64,000 nt of DNA from an uncultured delta proteobacterium (GCA_963739295.1 CAVTZS010000005.1:88713-152712), one strand, 5' to 3'; positions 19,588 to 30,093 are shown, counted from the first letter of the stretch. The notes: generated from the sequence alone by a model not told the origin. Numbers and translations: made by a program.

Positions 19588-20790
19588 CTAAGCCTCCAGG
19601 ATTTGCCTGATCTGCACAAAGCGCAGCAGACCGGTTTTGGTGATCAGGCCCACCATCCTATCCCTATCCATTACCAGGAGTTGCTCCACTTCATCCTGGG
19701 ACATCCTTTTCAAGGCTTCGGCCAGGGATTCCTGGGGGGTAATTACCAGGCGGTCGCTCTGCGGGGTCATGACCTCCTCTACTTTTCTGATTTCTTGCTC
19801 TTCCCGGGGGATATCCTTCACCGCGGTCACCGAGACAATCCCCAAGACCCGGTAGTCTTGAACTACCGGGAAACTGCGATAGGCGTAGCGGAGGAAATAA
19901 TCATGAACCAAATGGAAGAGGGACAAATCCGGAGGCACGCTCACCACTTCCCGGGTCATCACCTCGTCAATGCGCATGCCTTCCAGAGACTTCCGGATAA
20001 TCGCCTCCTCGTAGCCCCTTTCTGACATGGCCCGCAAAAACATGCCGATGAAGAGGAGCCACAATCCGTTGATCAAGGCTCCCGAGAAAATTTCCAGACC
20101 CCCCAGGGCCATCAGGGCCACCGCGAACCACTTGCCAATATCTGAAGCCACCTTGGTGGCCCGGGTCAGGGAATCGGTTTTCCACCACCAGATGGCGCGC
20201 AAGATCCGGCCGCCATCCAAGGGGAATCCGGGGATCAGGTTAAAGGCGCCCAGGGCCAAATTGATCCAGGCCAGGTAATCGAAAACTGCCCCGAGGAGAG
20301 ATGGCTGAAGACTCATGATAATGCTCTTGATCAGCCAAAACCCCAAGGCCAGGGCAAAGGAGCTCAAAGGCCCCACCGCGGCGATTTTTAGCTCCATTTG
20401 GGGAGTTTTCGGCTCCTCGGTAATTCGGGCCACTCCGCCGAAAATAAACAGGGTGATCTCGCGAATTTCAATCCCGGAACGGAGGGCCACCAGAGAATGG
20501 GCCAGTTCATGAATTACCACCGAGGCAAAGAAGAGCAGGGTGGCGATTAACCCGACCAGTAAATAGCTCATGCTCCCATAGCCGGGATAATTTCTCGGAA
20601 AATAGCCCGCCGAAAGAGCCAGGAGCACCAGGGCAAAGACGATAAACCAGGATAAATCCAGATTGATCCTGATCCCGGCAATCTGGAAAAGCGTCATCCC
20701 CCTGCTGGTTTTCATTTCTGCTGCCTTTCCCTCCATGTATGTTCCCTTGCTCCAGTGGCTTAACCGGCCAAGTGGGTGGGCGTGGCTCAC
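19588..20790 (-). CDS. site-2 (M50) metalloprotease with CBS pair
   Basis: It has 'HELAHSLVA' (HExxH), several TM helices and a C-terminal tandem CBS region. The real start is probably internal (around 'MTLFQIAGIRI'). Confidence 0.8.
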   Translation of the reverse strand: MSHAHPLGRLSHWSKGTYMEGKAAEMKTSRGMTLFQIAGIRINLDLSWFIVFALVLLALSAGYFPRNYPGYGSMSYLLVGLIATLLFFASVVIHELAHSLVALRSGIEIREITLFIFGGVARITEEPKTPQMELKIAAVGPLSSFALALGFWLIKSIIMSLQPSLLGAVFDYLAWINLALGAFNLIPGFPLDGGRILRAIWWWKTDSLTRATKVASDIGKWFAVALMALGGLEIFSGALINGLWLLFIGMFLRAMSERGYEEAIIRKSLEGMRIDEVMTREVVSVPPDLSLFHLVHDYFLRYAYRSFPVVQDYRVLGIVSVTAVKDIPREEQEIRKVEEVMTPQSDRLVITPQESLAEALKRMSQDEVEQLLVMDRDRMVGLITKTGLLRFVQIRQILEA

Positions 20791-20952
20791 TTATCTAAAA
20801 AGTAAATATGATTTGGCCAATGTCCACCTCGGGGCGCGGGGCTTTTCAGCGGAGACCTTCCGGGAACAGCTATCATCTAGGGGGCGGAAGAAGTTAAGGG
20901 GATGACGATAATCTTTCTATTTCAGGGAAAATCGACCACCGTCATCCTTGGA

Positions 20953-21468
20953 TCAACCTCCCTCAGTTATTAGGTCCAGATGATACGCAATGGGGCCGGG
21001 ATGGCCATCAAACTCAGGAGCGCGCCTAAAGCCCAATTTTTCATAGATATGCCGGGCGGCCAGCATAAACTTCCCGGTATGCAAAAAAATCGTAGGAATC
21101 TTCAGTTCTTGGGCCCGGCGGAGACATTCTTGGGTGAGCAAGGTTCCATAACCCTGGCCCCGATATCTGGGATCCACGGCTAAAATCCTGATCAAACCCG
21201 AGCCCGGCGGCCAATTACCCATGGTGGCGTGGGCGGCATCGGGATAAAACTTGACCGCCCCTCTAATTTCCCCGTGCTGTTCAACCACGATCAGCATGCC
21301 GGTCCAGGAGAGAATGGCTTCGGTGATGCTATCCATCCAGGCATCCCAGGCGTAATCAGGTAAAAGAGGCTCGTATTCCTGGTAAGCCTTTTTCACCAAA
21401 TGCTCAATTTGGTCCAGCTCCTCAAAAGCGGCATCACGCAGCAGAGCCTCGTTATCCATAAGGGGCAA
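20953..21468 (-). CDS. GNAT family N-acetyltransferase
   Basis: 171 aa with the acetyl-CoA loop 'RYRGQGYGTLL'. Confidence 0.75.
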   Translation of the reverse strand: MPLMDNEALLRDAAFEELDQIEHLVKKAYQEYEPLLPDYAWDAWMDSITEAILSWTGMLIVVEQHGEIRGAVKFYPDAAHATMGNWPPGSGLIRILAVDPRYRGQGYGTLLTQECLRRAQELKIPTIFLHTGKFMLAARHIYEKLGFRRAPEFDGHPGPIAYHLDLITEGG

Positions 21469-21701
21469 CCTTTAAACCCTCTTATCCATCGGATAAGGGG
21501 GGCTAGATCTCCTGAAGGGAAGATAAGTCTGTCAATTATATGTTAGATACGAGATGAGGCAAAAAAAGAGGAGGGGGCAAATAATTTCTTATCAATCTGG
21601 CAGTTGCTGGCCGGGGCGCGCGCCGGGTAGGGCGCGGGAAAAAACCTGGAAGATTGATTTAGCTCAGATCCACCCACCTGGGGTGAAAAGCCTTTAGTAG
21701 T

Positions 21702-22133
21702 TCATTGTTGCGCCCACAGGAAGAGGCCGGTTTCCTCATCCAGATGACGCACCAGGGGCTTGTCCGTCAGGTATTCTTGAATTACAAATTCGCAGGCAAA
21801 CACCTCCGTCCCCTCAGCCAGATGTCCGCCCAAGGCCTGCCCATCTTTATCGGCCAGGGTGATATGCGCATGCACGAAAGGTTTATCATCCTTTAGGGAG
21901 ATGTTTCCTATGAGAGATAAAATCTCCATGGGTTTCCTTAGCTCAATAAACCGGTATTTTTGCTCCACCTGATGGTAATAGCCTACCCGGGCCAGGCTTA
22001 CGGCCCCAAGGGCGCGTACTTCGCCCAATTTTACGCCGGCATCCCTACAGCACTTTTCAAGGGCCCCCAAAAGATCGCTTCCTTTGGCCAACCGCCCCAT
22101 AATCTTGCGACCGGCGGTGATCATTGGGTTCAT
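21702..22133 (-). CDS. PPC (DUF296) domain protein
   Basis: 143 aa with 'GALGAVSLARVGYY...ILSLIGNIS...PFVHAHITLADKDGQALGGHL', characteristic of the PPC/DUF296 fold. Confidence 0.7.
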   Translation of the reverse strand: MNPMITAGRKIMGRLAKGSDLLGALEKCCRDAGVKLGEVRALGAVSLARVGYYHQVEQKYRFIELRKPMEILSLIGNISLKDDKPFVHAHITLADKDGQALGGHLAEGTEVFACEFVIQEYLTDKPLVRHLDEETGLFLWAQQ

Positions 22134-22228
22134 ATGAAATTCTCCTCTACCATTACCTGGGCAATAGCGAACGAAATCGGTTTAGCTACCTTCAAGACCG
22201 AAGGGGGTTGGGCGGTAAATCAGGAATT

Positions 22229-22272
22229 AGGGGGAGGGGGAGGGCAGGGACCTCGGGTTCCGGATCCTCCCC
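22229..22272. repeat. partial REP-like element (copy E)
   Basis: AGGGGGAGGGGGAGGGCAGGGA...TCCTCCCC, immediately 3' of hypA. The right arm is degenerate. Confidence 0.45.
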
Positions 22273-22277
22273 AAGTT

Positions 22278-22658
22278 TCACTTTTCTTCCCAAATCAGCT
22301 CGATGGATTCCACGCCCCGGCCGCCCAGGACCGCGGAAATTGCGCCACATTCAGAGCACGGGGCCAGAGGGCTGACATCGTGGGGGTCCGCCTCTCCCTC
22401 ACCCAGGGGGCCCTTAAAGCCGCACTTGGGGCAATGCAGGGTGGCCGGTTCAATGATCAGGTTCAGCTGGGATTTTTCCAGGATGGTGTCCTTGACCAGG
22501 ACCTCGTAAGCCTGCTGGGCAGCTGCCGCGGAGTGCAATTCCAGGGCCCCCACCTTCAGGACCACCTCGATCTGGGAGCCCACCGGGGGAGAGCCAGACT
22601 TTTTGAGCTTCTCCAGAATATTAGCCACCACATCCTGCATCAAGGAAAATTCGTGCAA
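22278..22658 (-). CDS. hypA: hydrogenase nickel insertion metallochaperone
   Basis: 126 aa with the N-terminal 'MHEFSL' nickel site and the zinc site 'CPKCG...CSECG'. Confidence 0.85.
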   Translation of the reverse strand: MHEFSLMQDVVANILEKLKKSGSPPVGSQIEVVLKVGALELHSAAAAQQAYEVLVKDTILEKSQLNLIIEPATLHCPKCGFKGPLGEGEADPHDVSPLAPCSECGAISAVLGGRGVESIELIWEEK

Positions 22659-22906
22659 TTCTTGGGCACCTCCATCCTTGCAGAAATTGCCTCGCCCACC
22701 GGCCTAGACCTGGCTGGCTCCCGGGAGGGACTCAGGCCCCCGGGAAACTCCTAAGGATTTGCCATTACTAGGCCAGTATACATAGGTCTTGGGGAAAGTC
22801 TATCTCTAAACAGTGGCCCGTCAGCGACCGGATTTTTTGGGAGTGCTTGGGCTGGAGCAGACTCCGAAGAGAGGGCAATCTTGGGGGGATCTCTAGATTG
22901 GCAGCT

Positions 22907-23398
22907 TTATTGCTTGCGTTCTACTTCTTCCAGCCTGTATTTGATGGCCACAGCTTCAATTTTAGAGGCGGTGGGTTGGCAGATGATGATGGCATCTGCG
23001 CCGATCTCCCTGGCCTTGTTTTTGAAGTCCTCAATTAGACTGGCGCCGGCCACCTTGGAATTAAGGGGATTGGAGCCTTCCAATACGGCAAAGGGCTGAT
23101 AAGGCCTGGAGGGCGGGCCGGTGAGCACATCCACCGTCAGGGTGGGGGGATATCTGACGTTCATTAAATGGGCATAGGCGGAAAGATCCAGGGAATGGGG
23201 AGATAAACATTGCCTGGCACCCAAGAATTTTGCCTCATTGGCAGCCATAAAAAACGCCCTGACATCATCTGAAGGAGACTTCTGCTGGATCCCGCCGCAG
23301 CCGGCAGTTAAGACCACCACCAGCAAAACTGAACCTAACCCTAGCCCCAGGTTTCTCAACATTTTCCCAGTACACCCCCAATGTCGGTAATTCCCCAT
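22907..23398 (-). CDS. hypothetical lipoprotein
   Basis: It has a lipobox 'LTAGCGG'. The start is probably at the internal 'MLRNLGLGLG'. Confidence 0.5.
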   Translation of the reverse strand: MGNYRHWGCTGKMLRNLGLGLGSVLLVVVLTAGCGGIQQKSPSDDVRAFFMAANEAKFLGARQCLSPHSLDLSAYAHLMNVRYPPTLTVDVLTGPPSRPYQPFAVLEGSNPLNSKVAGASLIEDFKNKAREIGADAIIICQPTASKIEAVAIKYRLEEVERKQ

Positions 23399-23510
23399 CC
23401 CCTTAGCGGCCCTTTAATTCTGACTCTCGCCGGACACCTTCCTGGCTCCCTGTAAAAGTACATCAAGTTAAGGAAAAGGGAAGGGGCCAGGAGTCCCTGG
23501 CCCCACTTGC

Positions 23511-24894
23511 TCAGAATTGGAAAGACCAGCTCAGCCCCAGGGAATGAGCATCACTGCTGTAACGACCGTTGGCCTGCCGCGGACGCAGGCAGGGGAACGC
23601 CGTTAAAGGTAATGGAGTTGTTTTTGGTACGGTTCTCGGACAAGATATAGTTGTAGGCGATTCCCAAGGTAAACCTCTTGATCTTCAGGTCTCCCCCCAC
23701 GGTAAAGATATGACGGTTGGCATCGGGGAGCTGGGGGTCGAAGGTGTTATCCGGCACCGGAGTGAGGTCATAGATATAGCCGGCCCGGATTTTCATGCCT
23801 TCTTTGACCTCATAGCTGCCGCCGAAACGGAAGGCCCAGGCATCCCGCCAGTTCTTCGGAGTCACTATCGTCTGGGTCAACACGCCATTTACGAGGGTAG
23901 GCTGGTGTAAATTAATTTTCAACTGATCATAGGTGGACCAGCCGGTCCAGGTGGTGTCGAACTCAAAGGCGAAAGGCTTGAAGTAGCTGCAAGATATGCC
24001 GAAGGTTACGGAGGGAGGATAAGTGAGGCTGGCGGAACCTGGAATGGTGGACTGTCCTGTCGCCACCGGCAGAAATATGGAAAGGTCGCCGAAGTGAGTC
24101 ACTTTGATTTCACTGCGATAAGAGACTCCCAATTTCATCCAGGTCACTGGTTCAAAGAGGAGACCGATATTATAGCCAAAGCCAGTACCATCTCCGTTCA
24201 GAGTTGATTCCCCATCGGGGAATTGCACCCCCCCGGCGGACACCGGGACCTTTCTCTTAAGTTTCACCGTGGACCACAGCACATCAAATCCCGCGGCCAG
24301 GGACAGACTTTGCAACAGTTTGACCGAAATCACCGGGTTAAGGTTGTAGGTTTGCAGGCTGGAAAAGGTGGTGAGGTATCTGCCGGCCCATGTGGGCGGC
24401 CAGGCAGTGCCGGAACCAAAAGGAGAGAACATGCCAAGCCCCACGGCAATCCGCTCGTTAATGGGCGCGGCGAAATACACCGTCATGGTCTTATAGAAAC
24501 GATGGTTAGTTTCCGAGAATTGGCCCCTGCCATTATCGAACTCGCGGTCCGGGTGATTAAGAAAGAATCCTTGATAGAATTGGGGCCGCTTAAGCTGGTT
24601 CAGGCCGGCAGGATTATAAAAGATGGCGGAGGCGTCACTCGCCTCGGCTACGAAGGCATTGCCTTGGGCCATGGCGGCGGTTCCCTGCTGGAAGAGGGCA
24701 AAGCCGGCGCCCTGGGCTGGAGAGTGAGAGCAAATTAGCCGTACTAGGGCCGTTAGGAAGACAAAGATCTTCTGGCCCCAGCCAGCATGACCATAAGTTG
24801 TAAGACTTCTCCCCGCTTTGTCGGTAACCCTTGGTGGTTGAATGCGTTTTTTCATCAGGCTCCCCCGATCACTGATGAGATTAGCTTCCCACAA
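23511..24894 (-). CDS. outer-membrane transport protein, FadL/OMPP1/TodX family, 3' end shifted by an apparent frameshift near 23571-23585
   Basis: It has 'GAGFALFQQGTAAMAQGNAFVAEASDASAIFYNPAGL'. The annotated frame stops at 23551, but the adjacent frame encodes the expected terminal beta-strand 'ANGRYSSDAHSLGLSWSFQF*' ending at 23511. Confidence 0.8.
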
Positions 24895-25425
24895 GCATTT
24901 AAGAATTACTTAATTTATATTATGCCTCCTCTGCCCCCCAATTTGTTTATCCAAAAAGATTTTGACTAATTTAAAGGACTTTTTTAAAAAAAATCAACCT
25001 TTTTTTTCGATTATTACGATATTACAAAAGCAAAAATATGAGGTGGGAGAAGAAGTTCAATTAAAGGACCTTTAGAGCATGATGGCACGGTTGAAATTTG
25101 GAGCTTGAATACCGATCTTCTTGGTTCCGGGTTTTGGCTCCTTATAATTGCTTAAGGGGATTTAATTTCCCCCGATTCAGGCTTTCCCGGGGTTGATTTT
25201 CTTACCAAATGAGATAAACATGGTTATCGGGTGCATAACCGCAGGGGTATGCACCCTGGTCTGGAATGCAACTTCGCTTCTTTGAGAACCAAGTATTGTC
25301 TTCAGAGAGTGACCTGGCTTTTGCTCCCGGAAGCCAAGACTCTGGGATCACCTCGAAGGGGCGCCCAGCGCTGGGATTGATCAGGAAAGGCCTGAACCAA
25401 GCATTCAGCCTTTAAAGGTTTTTTC

Positions 25426-26163
25426 ATGATTGACCTTCATTCCCATATCCTGCCAGGTTTAGATGACGGGGCCCAAACCTGGGAAGAGGCATTGGAGATG
25501 GCCCGGATGGCGGTGGCAGACGGCATTAAAACCCTAGTGGCTGCCCCCCACCTTTACCGGCGCAAAGTTGTTGATCCCCGCAAGCTCAATGATAAAATAG
25601 CCATTCTGGATAATATTAATCAATTTAAAAAGAAATTAGCCGATGCCGAGATTCCCCTGGAAATCATACCTGGCTGTGATATTCCCTTATGTATGGAATT
25701 CCTGGAGCTATTAGAACAAGACCTGGTCTTGACCATAAATGATCAAAAACGCTATTTGCTGCTGGAATTGCCCGACACTTCCTTCCCTCCAGCCACGGAA
25801 GAAATATGTTTTCGCTTGCAATCCAAAGGCTTGACCCCCATCATTACTCATCCTGAGCGTCATCTAGTCATTCATGAGATGCCGGAAAAGCTGACTCGCC
25901 TGCTTAAGCTGGGATGTCTGGCGCAAGTGACCGCCGCCAGTCTCTTAGGAGGCTTTGGGCGAAGGATAGCCAGGTTTACCCGGCAGCTGGTGAAAAAGGG
26001 GTATATCCAGATTTTGGCCAGCGACGCTCATGATACCAAGAAGCGTCCCCCGCAGCTGCGCGCCGCGGTGGAAGAGCTGGCCCGCCTGATAGGGAGAGAT
26101 CAGGCCTGGGCTATGGTTACCACTATTCCTGGAAAGATTCTGCGAGGGGAGCAGTATTTTTAA
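25426..26163 (+). CDS. PHP-family protein-tyrosine phosphatase (CpsB/YwqE type)
   Basis: 245 aa with 'MIDLHSHILPGLDDGA' and later 'HPERH' and 'SDAHD' metal-binding motifs. Confidence 0.8.
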   Translation: MIDLHSHILPGLDDGAQTWEEALEMARMAVADGIKTLVAAPHLYRRKVVDPRKLNDKIAILDNINQFKKKLADAEIPLEIIPGCDIPLCMEFLELLEQDLVLTINDQKRYLLLELPDTSFPPATEEICFRLQSKGLTPIITHPERHLVIHEMPEKLTRLLKLGCLAQVTAASLLGGFGRRIARFTRQLVKKGYIQILASDAHDTKKRPPQLRAAVEELARLIGRDQAWAMVTTIPGKILRGEQYF

Positions 26164-26221
26164 CTGAGAAGAGGTTAATCGGCCAGAAAACCAAATCTCT
26201 CAGAAATCTTGATTAATTTTT

Positions 26222-27595
26222 ATGAAAAGTCTGACCTGTTTTCATGCTTATGATGTGCGGGGCCGGGTGCCCGAGGAACTCAATGAAGATCTGGCTTACA
26301 GGATCGCCCGGGCTTACGCCACTTTTCTTTCTCCTTCCCGGGTCGCGTTAGGGCGAGATGTACGGTCTTCCAGCCCGTCTCTGGCTGAGGCCTTGACCGC
26401 GGGGCTCAATGACTGCGGGGTGGAGGTGTGGGACCTGGGTCTGTGCGGGACCGAGCAGGTCTATTTCTATACCTCTCACCTGGGGCTGGAGGGGGGGATC
26501 ATGATTACCGCCAGCCACAACCCCCCGGAATACAACGGCATGAAGTTTGTGCGGGAGCAATCCCGGCCCCTTAGTGGCGACTGCGGCCTTAAAGACATCG
26601 AGTCTCTGGCGGTCAGCCAAAAATTTTCGCCGCGGCCCAGAGCCAGGGGAGGAAGGGTCAGCGCGGACGCCCTGGACGCCTACGTGGCTCATCTCTTGAG
26701 CTACGTGGACCTCAAGGTCTTAAAGCCCCTCACCGTGGTGGTTAACGCGGGTAATGGCTGTGCGGGGCCGGTGCTGGATCGGTTGGCCCACCATCTACCT
26801 TTTCAGTTCATTAAACTGTTTCACGAACCAGACGGCTCCTTCCCTCACGGCGTACCTAACCCACTGCTGCCGGAAAATCGCCAGGCCACCGCAGAGGCGG
26901 TACGCGCCCATGGTGCGCACCTGGGCCTGGCCTGGGATGGGGACTTTGACCGCTGCTTCTTTTTCGATGAAGAGGGCACCTTTATCGAGAGTTATTACCT
27001 GGTGGGTTTTCTGGCTCAGGCCCTGCTAGCCCGTCACCCTGGCGGTAAGATTATCCATGACCCTAGATTGACCTGGAATACCATCGAAATGGTCCGGCAA
27101 GCCGGTGGCCAGCCGATAATGAGCAAAACTGGGCATGCCTTTATTAAGGAACGGATGCGCGCCGAGGATGCCCTTTATGGCGGGGAAATGTCAGGTCACC
27201 ATTACTTCCGGGATTTCGCCTATTGCGACAGCGGTATGATTCCCTGGTTGCTGGTGCTGGAGATCATGTGTCGGGACGATCGGTCCCTTTCTGGTTTAGT
27301 TAAGGAGCGGAAACGGAGGTACCCGGTGAGCGGCGAGATCAATCGCCAACTCAAAGATCCTGACGCGGTGCTCCGCCGGGTGGAAGCCTTTTATCAGGGT
27401 GAGGCTCTTCACCTCGACCATACTGACGGCCTCAGCCTGGAATTTCCCCACTGGCGCTGCAACTTAAGAAAATCCAACACCGAACCGGTGGTCCGCCTGA
27501 ATGTGGAAACCCGGCAGGATCAGGACCTTCTCCAAGAAAAAACCCAAGAACTCCTGGCCCTGATGACCTGGGCCAAAGCTGGGCCCCAGGGCTAG
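26222..27595 (+). CDS. phosphomannomutase/phosphoglucomutase
   Basis: 457 aa with the phosphoserine loop 'TASHNPPEYNGMK', the metal loop 'DGDFDR' and the sugar loop 'GGEMSGH'. Confidence 0.9.
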   Translation: MKSLTCFHAYDVRGRVPEELNEDLAYRIARAYATFLSPSRVALGRDVRSSSPSLAEALTAGLNDCGVEVWDLGLCGTEQVYFYTSHLGLEGGIMITASHNPPEYNGMKFVREQSRPLSGDCGLKDIESLAVSQKFSPRPRARGGRVSADALDAYVAHLLSYVDLKVLKPLTVVVNAGNGCAGPVLDRLAHHLPFQFIKLFHEPDGSFPHGVPNPLLPENRQATAEAVRAHGAHLGLAWDGDFDRCFFFDEEGTFIESYYLVGFLAQALLARHPGGKIIHDPRLTWNTIEMVRQAGGQPIMSKTGHAFIKERMRAEDALYGGEMSGHHYFRDFAYCDSGMIPWLLVLEIMCRDDRSLSGLVKERKRRYPVSGEINRQLKDPDAVLRRVEAFYQGEALHLDHTDGLSLEFPHWRCNLRKSNTEPVVRLNVETRQDQDLLQEKTQELLALMTWAKAGPQG

Positions 27596-27655
27596 GGGAT
27601 TTGGCCCAGGCCTGGAGCTTGATTTCTGGTCTCCCTTCCCTCCCCTTCAGCCGGC

Positions 27656-28786
27656 TCAAGAGATGATCTTCCGGGACACGGCAAGTTCATTTAAAGCAGG
27701 GTCAAGAACTTCCACCCCGAGACCAGGACCGGGGAGGGCCGGCCCAATCCCCTCATAGGCAAAGGCCACCGGCGTGGTGACCGGATCCCGGGTCAACAGA
27801 AAGGGGGAGAAGGACCCTTCGACGTAGATCAAGTTTGGGACACTCAAGGCAAAATGGCGGCCGGCGGCGGAGAGAATGCTGGTTTCCCCCACATGACAGC
27901 CCAGTTGGCATAAAATCCCGGCCTTCTCGGCCATCTGCTGCATCCGGAGAGCTTGCCCAAAGCCACCGCATTTAGACAGACGCAGGTTGAAGATCTGGCA
28001 GGCCTTCAGATCGATGAGCCTTTGGGCATCTGCTTCGGTACACAAGGATTCATCGGCGATGATGGGGAGGCCTAGGGCGTCGCCCACTTTTTTCAGGCCT
28101 TCGAAGTCTTCTTTGACCACGGGTTGTTCCACCGCGCTGATCTGGTAAGGCTTCATTTCGGTGAGGCGCTCAATGGCCTCCGCCGGGGTCCACGCCGAAT
28201 TAGCGTCCACGCGCAAATCGATATCCCAGCCCAGTTTCTCCCGAACCCTCTTGAGCATCTCCAGGTCGGTTTCTCCTCCCACCTTCAGCTTTAAAAAACG
28301 GATGTGATTGGCTTTGATCAAGTCCAAGAGGTAGGCCATTTGTTCCTCAGGGACCATGGGCAGTACCGCGCTGTAAATTGCACTCTCTTTTGACCGGGAT
28401 CCGATTAGATCCACCACCGGCTTACCCCAGGTCCGGCCGGCGGCATCCAGGAGGGCCATTTCCATGGCACAAAAAGCCGCCGGATAATTCACCGCCTGCA
28501 ATCTCTGATAGCTACTCGCCAGGTGGGCCATCAGGGTCTTAGGGGAAGCCGCGGTGACTTTAAAAGCCGCGGGCCCCAGCACCTCTTTGAGAAAGGCGAG
28601 ACTTCCATCCAGGGTTTCGCCAGTGACAAAGGGACGAGGGACACCTTCACCATATCCGGCCAAACCATTGGCGGTAGTCACCTTCACCACGATATTTTCC
28701 GACCCCTCATAGGTGGCTAAATTATGCTTGATCGGCGACAGAAACGCCAACTTCAGGTGCCAGATATCCACTCTCTTGACGATCAT
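27656..28786 (-). CDS. enolase-superfamily dipeptide epimerase / muconate-lactonizing-enzyme family protein
   Basis: It has 'RVDANSAW', 'VEQPV' and 'IIADESL' metal ligands. The ORF is open to 28861, but 'MIVKRVDIWHL' (28786) looks like the real start. Confidence 0.75.
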   Translation of the reverse strand: MIVKRVDIWHLKLAFLSPIKHNLATYEGSENIVVKVTTANGLAGYGEGVPRPFVTGETLDGSLAFLKEVLGPAAFKVTAASPKTLMAHLASSYQRLQAVNYPAAFCAMEMALLDAAGRTWGKPVVDLIGSRSKESAIYSAVLPMVPEEQMAYLLDLIKANHIRFLKLKVGGETDLEMLKRVREKLGWDIDLRVDANSAWTPAEAIERLTEMKPYQISAVEQPVVKEDFEGLKKVGDALGLPIIADESLCTEADAQRLIDLKACQIFNLRLSKCGGFGQALRMQQMAEKAGILCQLGCHVGETSILSAAGRHFALSVPNLIYVEGSFSPFLLTRDPVTTPVAFAYEGIGPALPGPGLGVEVLDPALNELAVSRKIIS

Positions 28787-29837
28787 GCTCCACCTCAAGA
28801 CCGGTGTTAACGAATTTGCCGAACTTCTTCCATTGATACCACTGTTCCGGAAAAGCCTCAATCGCGGTTTCCAAGATTCTGAGGCACTGCTCGTTTACCG
28901 GCGAATATACCGGGGAACCGCCATTGGCCACGGGAGTGAGGTTTAAGGTATAGGTTTTGCCGCCGTTCCTCTTCATCAGGGCGCTGATTACCGGGGCTCC
29001 GGAGCGCTTCCCTAACATCTCCAGGCTGCGATCCGAAAATACCCGGTGGTTGAGAAAGTAAATGTCCCGCTGGGGATTTGGCCGCCATTCGTCAAACTCA
29101 TCGCACTCGGTAATGAGAATCCGTCCCTGTTTGAGAGCTTTCAGGGCAGCCGCCATGATATTACCCTCATCGGCATCAATGACTTCGAGGTGGATCGACT
29201 CGGCCCTCTGAGTAAGTGTAGCCCGGAGACGGCTAGTTTGAAAGCGACAAATCACGGTGGTCGGGAAACCATTTACGGCCAGAGTCCCAGGCAAGAACTC
29301 CACCGCCCCAAAATGGCCGGTCACCAAGATAACCCCCTTGCCGGCCCGAAGGGCCTCCTGTAACTTTTCCTCGCCCACAAACCGGATACGCTTTTTTAAG
29401 AGCCGAAACACCGCGTTATAGCGGGAATATGCGACGAAAAGTTTCTCATGATAATGGTCGAAGATACCCTGAAAGGCCTCTTTGATTTTCCTATTGAGGG
29501 TTCTAGGGTCTATCTTTTCCCGGAAAACATAGTTAATGGTTTGCTGGATTAATTCTTCTTTCTTATCAAAATCCTGTGGAGCAAGCGGGCAGACCTCTTT
29601 GGCGTCGCGGAGAATCGTATTTAACTTTCGCCTTCTCCGGAAAACATACGTTATGGTCTGCCGGATCAATTCCTTTTCCTGCCTTTTGATGAAGTAATAA
29701 AGCTTGCCCAGGATAGTAATATACCACCTGGAAAATGCAAATGGCAAGAAATGGAAGAGAAAAATGTTCAATTTCATCTGGAGAAACTTACTCAGGTTCA
29801 AGGAGAATTTCTGGGCAATTACAGTCTTGGAAAACAT
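28722..29837 (-). CDS. lysophospholipid/lipid A biosynthesis acyltransferase (LpxL/HtrB family)
   Basis: 371 aa with an N-terminal TM helix, the 'VTGHFGAVE' HX4E motif and a C-terminal 'EQWYQWKKF'. It contains an internal duplication of about 40 aa. Confidence 0.7.
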   Translation of the reverse strand: MFSKTVIAQKFSLNLSKFLQMKLNIFLFHFLPFAFSRWYITILGKLYYFIKRQEKELIRQTITYVFRRRRKLNTILRDAKEVCPLAPQDFDKKEELIQQTINYVFREKIDPRTLNRKIKEAFQGIFDHYHEKLFVAYSRYNAVFRLLKKRIRFVGEEKLQEALRAGKGVILVTGHFGAVEFLPGTLAVNGFPTTVICRFQTSRLRATLTQRAESIHLEVIDADEGNIMAAALKALKQGRILITECDEFDEWRPNPQRDIYFLNHRVFSDRSLEMLGKRSGAPVISALMKRNGGKTYTLNLTPVANGGSPVYSPVNEQCLRILETAIEAFPEQWYQWKKFGKFVNTGLEVEHDRQESGYLAPEVGVSVADQA

Positions 29838-29913
29838 GGCCTACCTCCTGTTACCATCTTCAAACTGAGCAAAATCTTTTACCATATTATTCCGCTGCTT
29901 CCAGAACCATAAG

Positions 29914-30001
29914 GGCATTCCTTAAATTGGCCTTCGGAAAAGCTAATTTAATGGTTCGGAAAACCTAATTCCGGTCTTCTTAAAACCTTATTTTGACGAT
30001 T
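29914..30001 (+). repeat. array of four ~22-bp direct repeats (cluster 1)
   Basis: The units are ggcattccttaaattggccttc / ggaaaagctaatttaatggttc / ggaaaacctaattccggtcttc / ttaaaaccttattttgacgatt. The consensus is GGAAAACCTAATTTnnGGnTTC. Confidence 0.75.
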
Positions 30002-30093
30002 ACTCTTTAGTTATAGGCATCTGCTCTTCCTTCCGACTCAAAGAATGAAGGTAAATCTTCTACAATATTATTACTTCGGCAAAGTAACCATAA

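Noticed and set aside
28722-28861. 140-nt overlap between the acyltransferase 3' end and the epimerase ORF, as a possible sign of another frameshift.
   Set aside because: Choosing the internal start 'MIVKRVDIW' (28786) for the epimerase reduces the overlap to 65 nt. Both proteins look complete at the relevant ends, so there is not enough evidence for a frameshift.
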